DNA from: a virus
Strand: one strand, 5' to 3'
DNA length: 64,000 nt
IMG/VR virus record: IMGVR_UViG_3300035670_000075
Location: 41,388 to 105,387 of that record
Positions 58,705 to 64,000 of the stretch are shown piece by piece. The translations under genes and the position numbers were made by a program. Every line of letters starts with the position of its first letter. The first letter of the stretch is position 1. The notes beneath the pieces were generated by a model. It saw nothing but the letters and a program-made list of their open reading frames with translations. It had not been told where the DNA came from and searched no databases.

Positions 58705-58737
58705 TCTTGTAACACCAACTGTATAGGCGGCGTGAGT

Positions 58738-58779
58738 AGCGCCAGTCTGATGACTTGTTATCAGACTGGCGCTTTTTTT
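58738..58779 (+). terminator. Rho-independent terminator
   Basis: GCGCCAGTCTGAT...ATCAGACTGGCGC followed by T7. Confidence 0.75.
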
Positions 58780-58966
58780 GTGTGCGCGAAATCACCCGGC
58801 GGCTACCCTGGTAGTGCGCGGAAGCGCTGCAAAGATGGCAAAATATAGCGTAAATACCTAGTATTTTAGTCAAGAAAAAAAATCCCGAAAAACCCTAGTA
58901 TATAGGCATTTTTTTTAATGTTATCAAATACTTATAAAAATGCGTCTTTTTTAGTGTTTTGTGACA

Positions 58967-58995
58967 TAGACAAATATCTTGACACTATATATAGT
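58967..58995 (+). promoter_or_regulatory. Sigma70-type early promoter overlapped by palindromes
   Basis: TAGACA-17-TATAGT; CACTATATATAGTG and GAGCACACTAT-6-ATAGTGTGCTC. Confidence 0.6.
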
Positions 58996-59169
58996 GAGCA
59001 CACTATTTAATTATAGTGTGCTCTATAAAAGTTTGATGTAGTCGCTAGCGCGTGGCTTTTGTCGCGTGGCTTGGGTGCGATTACTTCTTTTATGCCTTAG
59101 TGCTCAAACTTAATAGCGCAGTGCTCTATAAAAATTTGATTTTGCTTGATTGCTTGCGATTTTTCCCAA

Positions 59170-59920
59170 ACTGAAAATTCCGACTATATGCGTTTATCGC
59201 ATGGTGACGGCTTGGCAGATCGAACAAGTGAAGGTGAGCAGTATACATAGCTGTTTAAGGGTATAGGCCATACCCTTAATATTCCGCAAGTGCCTAGCCT
59301 GAATTAACAGGGAGTAGGGATAAAACAGCGTTGAAACATAGCAAACCAGACCGGGAATAGTGAAAAAAACGACAGATCAGGCAGATGAAAAACATTATAG
59401 ATTGCTATTTAACAATTTGCATATACAGTACAACGAACCGAGACGGAACGTAGCGGGGCGTGTGCCTGTAGGTTAGCGCGGCTTTCGCCCGTGGCGTTTT
59501 GCGCCCTGGCGATTGCGTTTACGTGCCTACCTTTGGTGGTATGGGTTGGGGCTATTGCCTGTCGTCCAGCTTTATACCTACAGGATAACGGATTGCGTGA
59601 TGTTGTGCAAGTCACGCAAAGACACACGCCTTATGATACCCGGCGATAGTCGCGCCCATACTTCACTTTAGATCAGCGCGGAGTCGGGGAAGTCTTGTCA
59701 GAAATGGCAAGCGTCCATGATGTCTCAGTGAAGGGATATTCGTTGCCCGCTTATATTCCTTGCCTGTGAAGGTCAATCGTAAATATAAGTAACCGACTGA
59801 TAATCGGATAATCCGGCTATGTGAAACACCATAGCGGCGGGGGCTGTTTGCGTCTAGCAACAGCTTACTTAGGGTACGGATTTTTCTCTACAACCCCGTG
59901 ATGTTTTGCGGGGTTGTTTC
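59170..59920 (+). ncRNA. Candidate large structured RNA (boundaries approximate)
   Basis: No credible ORF; nested long-range helices and GNRA-capped hairpins; terminator-like hairpin at 59890-59920. Confidence 0.6.
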
Positions 59921-59980
59921 TCAATAGCATTCTACAGAGTGTTATTGAGTAAACAATCCCACCACACAGAGAGAAATCCC

Positions 59981-60184
59981 ATGAAAAAATCCTATTCCAG
60001 CGTAGGCGATCTTGCGCCTGAAGTGTTGGCAATCTATGCCACGCCGAAAGGCAAAAAAGACTCACTCCAAGAAATTCACCGCCGTCGCCGCAATGCGCCT
60101 GCTTGGGCGCGGCGTGAGTTTGACAAGGCTTTTCCCAAACTTGCGCCGCAAATTAAGCGCACGCAAGGCTATGTAAGGAGTTAA
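59981..60184 (+). CDS. Early hypothetical protein
   Basis: First ORF after the structured region. Confidence 0.55.
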   Translation: MKKSYSSVGDLAPEVLAIYATPKGKKDSLQEIHRRRRNAPAWARREFDKAFPKLAPQIKRTQGYVRS

Positions 60185-60188
60185 TGCC

Positions 60189-60398
60189 ATGAATCGCTTA
60201 TATGTTCGCCTTTGGATGTTAAGCCGTCGCTATAAAATCGAATGGGTAAAAAGCATTGGGTGGGCTGTTACGCATAAGCCTAAATTAGGTGGCGTATACA
60301 CCATTCATGCCTTGCCTGAACAATTTGCTGACGCTTGGCAAAGCATTGATGATGATGAAGATTTGCAGTTAGCATTATCATGTTTTTGCCCACGATAA
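60189..60398 (+). CDS. Early hypothetical protein
   Basis: RBS AAGGAG. Confidence 0.55.
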   Translation: MNRLYVRLWMLSRRYKIEWVKSIGWAVTHKPKLGGVYTIHALPEQFADAWQSIDDDEDLQLALSCFCPR

Positions 60399-60459
60399 AC
60401 CGTATGCTATAGCGAGTTTCCAAAAGCTCGCTATGTCATGCGCTTTGCGCAGTAGTCCG

Positions 60460-60493
60460 TACCCGCTTGGACAATCCAAGCGGGTATTTTTTT
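60460..60493 (+). terminator. Rho-independent terminator
   Basis: TACCCGCTTGGA-CAA-TCCAAGCGGGTA followed by T7. Confidence 0.7.
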
Positions 60494-60516
60494 GTCCGTA
60501 AAAAAAGGAGTTCACC

Positions 60517-61941
60517 ATGAACAAACGTCCCGTACCCAACACCGCAGATCAAGCCATGACCGCAATTGCATCGTGGGAAACCACGATCAAAAGCTTGCAT
60601 GAAGGCACCGCTAAAGCGTTAGCTATGGAAAGCGGCAAGCCGCGTAAAAACGCGCTTATCGCCCAACAGAAAAAGCTCGGCGAAATAGCTGAACTGAAGC
60701 GCAAAGCACGCGCTTTGTGCAGCAAGGCTATCAAAGCCGATCCGACGTTGATCGATCTGGTGGCGAACGACAAACAGCCCGGCAGTATTTGGGCGGATGT
60801 TTTGAAGCTGTCGAAAGCAAAATGCGGCAAAGTGAACTATGCCACGGCAATCAAAAATGCCTTGTCAGAACAGCGCAAGCCGCAGGAAGAAAAAGCCAGT
60901 AATGAAGCGGCGGATTATGCCGTGATGAAAATGGAACTGCGCCAAGTAACGGTTGCAGAATTCGCGGGCGAACTTCACAGCAGTATCGTGATCCCGCCAT
61001 ATCAGCGCCGCTATATCGTCAAAGAAGATTGGCAACGCAACTTGGTTGAAAGCGCCGTCAATCAACATCCGATTGGCGTTTTGACCGTGTTTAAGGACAA
61101 GCACGACAAAAAGCTTGGTGATGGTCAACAGCGCGCGACCACTTTGGTTAATCGCTATAACCTGCCGGGCAATATGTCGGGTGAAGACTTCGCCAAACTG
61201 TCGGCGTATCGCCTGATGATTGTCGAATACAGCATGGCGGACGGTTCCGCCGTGCCGCTGAACTTACAGCAAAAAATATTCGACGACATGCAGCGCGGCA
61301 ATCCGTTATCGCTCGGCGAACGCTTACCGGGCATGAAAGGACTGGAATGGAACAGCCGCGCCGAGATTGTTGTGGGCGGCGACGCTTACAAAGACCACTG
61401 CTTGACGCTGAAATCTGACCGTAAGCAGGACATCCAGCTTTACGGTTTAGTCCAGGCGGTTGGCTACGGTCAATGGCTTTCCTTTGAAAATGAGGAAAGC
61501 TTTATCCGTGATAACGTCGCCACCAGTGAAGACATGGACGCCGTGCAAGAGCAATTCGCCGCGACGGAAATGGCGTGGTTGATCGCCAACGAACTCGGCA
61601 GTATTGCCTTCCAAACCAAAGGCAAAAACGACAAGCCGACGTTTAACCGTTGGTTAGCCTCTGCGGTGATTGGGTCTATCGTAAAGGCAATTACCGAAAA
61701 TACCGACGGCAAAGTATTTTGTGATGAAATATTCGTAACCAAAGCTAAAGAAGGGCTGCGGACGTTGCTTGGCAATGATCGCTTCCGTATGACCATTGAA
61801 AAATACGACGGCGAAGAAATCCAGCCCGGCAACCCTGCTGGCTTCAAGCGCCGTATGAGCATGGTTAGCGAAGTTATCAATGCCGCATTCAGCGCCCAAA
61901 TGGATGCCGTTATCAAGCAAGAAGAAGCGGTTGCCGCCTAA
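60517..61941 (+). CDS. DUF262 (GmrS / ParB-Srx-like) domain protein
   Basis: IPPYQRRY, LVES....PIG, DGQQR.TTL, IF...Q.G.PLS..E. Confidence 0.85.
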   Translation: MNKRPVPNTADQAMTAIASWETTIKSLHEGTAKALAMESGKPRKNALIAQQKKLGEIAELKRKARALCSKAIKADPTLIDLVANDKQPGSIWADVLKLSKAKCGKVNYATAIKNALSEQRKPQEEKASNEAADYAVMKMELRQVTVAEFAGELHSSIVIPPYQRRYIVKEDWQRNLVESAVNQHPIGVLTVFKDKHDKKLGDGQQRATTLVNRYNLPGNMSGEDFAKLSAYRLMIVEYSMADGSAVPLNLQQKIFDDMQRGNPLSLGERLPGMKGLEWNSRAEIVVGGDAYKDHCLTLKSDRKQDIQLYGLVQAVGYGQWLSFENEESFIRDNVATSEDMDAVQEQFAATEMAWLIANELGSIAFQTKGKNDKPTFNRWLASAVIGSIVKAITENTDGKVFCDEIFVTKAKEGLRTLLGNDRFRMTIEKYDGEEIQPGNPAGFKRRMSMVSEVINAAFSAQMDAVIKQEEAVAA

Positions 61942-62059
61942 CCCAACCAAGATTGCCCGCCACGGCGGGCAATCATCCGCCAGCGCATTTACGAGTGCGT
62001 TGGCGGATGATTTTATCAACGCCGCCTTATGGCGGTTTTTTTATGCCTGGGAGAGTATC

Positions 62060-62392
62060 ATGCCCAAGAAAAACGTAATACAGGAAGTCGAATATCTGCC
62101 TGACGCACTGAAAATCATTGGCGGCGGTAAATCCATCGTGATCGGCGAGGCAGGCGGTATCAACTGGCCGTTTACCACCGAGATCGATGCCGCCGACATA
62201 GACGCCGCTTGGCGTACTGAGCTTAGCCGCGTCACCGGCATTCCCGCCGACCGGATTGAATGCGTAACCCCCGCAAGCGGTTGGGGCGCGCGCTATTTTG
62301 ATCTGCGCCACAATGGGCGGGAACGCCCGTGGCGACTGTTTGAAACAAAAGCCGCCGCCCGCAATTGGTTGCGGGATCACAAAGAGAATTAA
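62060..62392 (+). CDS. Early hypothetical protein
   Basis: RBS GGAG; flanked by terminator-like hairpins. Confidence 0.55.
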   Translation: MPKKNVIQEVEYLPDALKIIGGGKSIVIGEAGGINWPFTTEIDAADIDAAWRTELSRVTGIPADRIECVTPASGWGARYFDLRHNGRERPWRLFETKAAARNWLRDHKEN

Positions 62393-62609
62393 GCCACCCG
62401 CCACGCCGCAAGGTATGGCGGGTTTTTTATTGTCTGGAGGAAAAACATGCAGCCTTACGGCGTTAGTGCGGAGTGGTGTCGCCGCCGGAATAATCGTGAA
62501 TTGTGGAAAGGCACCAACGAATTAAACCGATCATCGATACCTAAGTTCCAAAGGCAACCCTCTCGCGCAAGGCAAGAGGCAAAGAGCTTTATCAGAAAAG
62601 AGTTAAATT

Positions 62610-62798
62610 ATGATCAAGACCACGAAACAGCAACGCCAAGCGTTGCTTAAAATCTATCGCCGCCATAACAGCGGCGAATCATACCTAGCCTTCCGCCGCA
62701 AAGTTCAGCCGACAATCGGCTGCAATGATGCGGTCGCCGTGCCGATAGGCGGTGTTATGTGGGTGTGCGTAGAGAAAGACGGTTACGCGCACTCATGA
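62610..62798 (+). CDS. Phage hypothetical protein
   Basis: T..QR.AL..IY.R, SYLAFRR, MW...E.DGY.HS. Confidence 0.6.
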   Translation: MIKTTKQQRQALLKIYRRHNSGESYLAFRRKVQPTIGCNDAVAVPIGGVMWVCVEKDGYAHS

Positions 62799-63136
62799 GA
62801 ATGTGGATGCTCCCGCCCGCTTGCCTGTGCCGCAAGCACCTGCTTGGCGAACACGGCGAAATCCACAAGCACCGCCACAACTTCGAGAAGCGTCACCGCA
62901 TGGACGGGCGCTTCTCGCCGGTTGTGCAAATCGAACCCGCCGCAATGCTCCGCCGCCATGACGAACTGGCGGCAGAGATGCTGCGGCGCGGCTACAATCA
63001 CCAATCGACGTTCACCATGCCGGATATTTCATATCTTCCGGCATGGCAACAATTCGCACTGGTTGACACCGCCGAATCACGCCGCGACTTGGCGCAGCGG
63101 TGTCCTGAATGCGCTCGTCTGTTGACAAGCGGTTAA
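62795..63136 (+). CDS. Pyrimidine-dimer DNA glycosylase (DenV-like)
   Basis: MRMW...P..LCRKHLLGEH.E.H, RHDEL..EM..RGYNH.S. Confidence 0.8.
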   Translation: MRMWMLPPACLCRKHLLGEHGEIHKHRHNFEKRHRMDGRFSPVVQIEPAAMLRRHDELAAEMLRRGYNHQSTFTMPDISYLPAWQQFALVDTAESRRDLAQRCPECARLLTSG

Positions 63137-63202
63137 CGCACTTGCATACACGGCTTTTGCTAGTGTATGCTGGTGTTTACGGTTTTTTTGTTGGAGGATG
63201 TT

Positions 63203-63580
63203 ATGCTGGTTATCAATGGGTGCAACTTCAAAGAAGCTCTGAGGAATAGCCAAGATCAATCGGAAGTAGATGCGATCCTGGAATATTTCAAAGGGTGCAA
63301 AATTGGCGGAAAATCGCCGCGTGCGCTGTATATTTACGACAACGAAGGCGAAACCGCCGACCGCTATACAGCGGTATACAAGGGCGCACCTGGGACACGC
63401 GAGCCTAACGTATGGGATGCACGGGGAATGAATGCCTCGCCGTATCACCCTCAAGGCATTGGCATGTTTTGCTCAGCCATGCTTGGCAATCATCTTGGGC
63501 GCAAGATTGGGTTTCTGGATTTACCAGAAGACTGCCGCCTGTTGGTCGCATCGGACATTAAGGACTACAGCCATGAGTGA
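63203..63580 (+). CDS. Phage hypothetical protein
   Basis: RBS GGAGG; YDN.GET.DRYT, HLGRKI.F.DLP. Confidence 0.6.
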   Translation: MLVINGCNFKEALRNSQDQSEVDAILEYFKGCKIGGKSPRALYIYDNEGETADRYTAVYKGAPGTREPNVWDARGMNASPYHPQGIGMFCSAMLGNHLGRKIGFLDLPEDCRLLVASDIKDYSHE

Positions 63581-63863
63581 TCATGGAATTGAAGCCTATT
63601 TTAAGAAAAACCGCATTGCCCACGAAGGCGGGCTGATGGGTATTGACTCAGCGGTGTTTGTCGCCGCTGAGCATATTGATCGTGGCATCAATCCTGATGA
63701 CGTGATTAAGATTTTGCGCGAAGAACACGCGCAGGCGCTCGACGGTAGTGATACCGTCGAGTTTGAAATTGTAAGCATGGCGCAAGATATTGTCTGCGCC
63801 TACCGGGATGGGGGATTGTGGAATGGGCCGACAAGCTTTGAGTGCTTGTTGGTGGCGAACTAA
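63573..63863 (+). CDS. Phage hypothetical protein
   Basis: Coupled to the previous gene. Confidence 0.55.
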   Translation: MSDHGIEAYFKKNRIAHEGGLMGIDSAVFVAAEHIDRGINPDDVIKILREEHAQALDGSDTVEFEIVSMAQDIVCAYRDGGLWNGPTSFECLLVAN

Positions 63864-63912
63864 TCACCGCAGGCGCGGTGATTCCGCATTAAATTTTTGC
63901 GCCGCGTAAAGC

Positions 63913-63938
63913 GGTCGGACTGAAGCGCCAAGTTAGGT
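63913..63938 (-). mobile_element. Truncated attC half, distal end of a probable fourth array
   Basis: Minus: ACCTAAC-TTGGC-GCTTCAGT-CCGAC; followed on plus by GGAGG and ATG 63958. Confidence 0.6.
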
Positions 63939-64000
63939 TTGGCGCTTGGAGGTTATTATGAGGGTAAGGACGGCTGGAAAGCCACAGTTTGCCGGGGATA

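Noticed and set aside
59409-60065. Short minus-strand ORFs, or a group II intron/retron, in the structured region
   Set aside because: The ORFs lack RBS and motifs; I found no reverse transcriptase and could not identify a domain V

Overview
The whole window reads as part of a temperate tailed-phage genome, probably infecting a proteobacterium. It appears to be the excised or episomal form, because an intact attP carrying the 3' end of tmRNA sits mid-genome beside the integrase. Minus-strand virion genes (terS, terL, Mu-like portal, S49 protease/scaffold, Mu gpT-like capsid, tail tube, frameshifting tail chaperone) are interleaved with plus-strand modules. These carry four DNA methyltransferases, dnaN, ssb, a dTTP pathway (intein-containing nrdJ, dcd, dut, thyA), accessory genes and an early region. 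Replication genes are a P4-type primase/helicase pair plus RecD2. No tape measure, DNA polymerase or integron integrase is visible. The most striking signal is an integron-like cassette system: 7 complete and 2 half attC sites in four separate loci. Three loci end in a related attI-like site, and the phage-type ORFs lie inverted relative to the attC asymmetry. Other highlights are a ~750-nt highly structured non-coding region with boxA-like motifs, a C5 methyltransferase with its second subunit encoded in an overlapping frame, an FtsK + membrane protein + dual muralytic enzyme operon, a Csx16-like candidate ring nuclease, and a Cre-like recombinase with a dif-like site. All calls come from reading motifs by eye; no searches were run.
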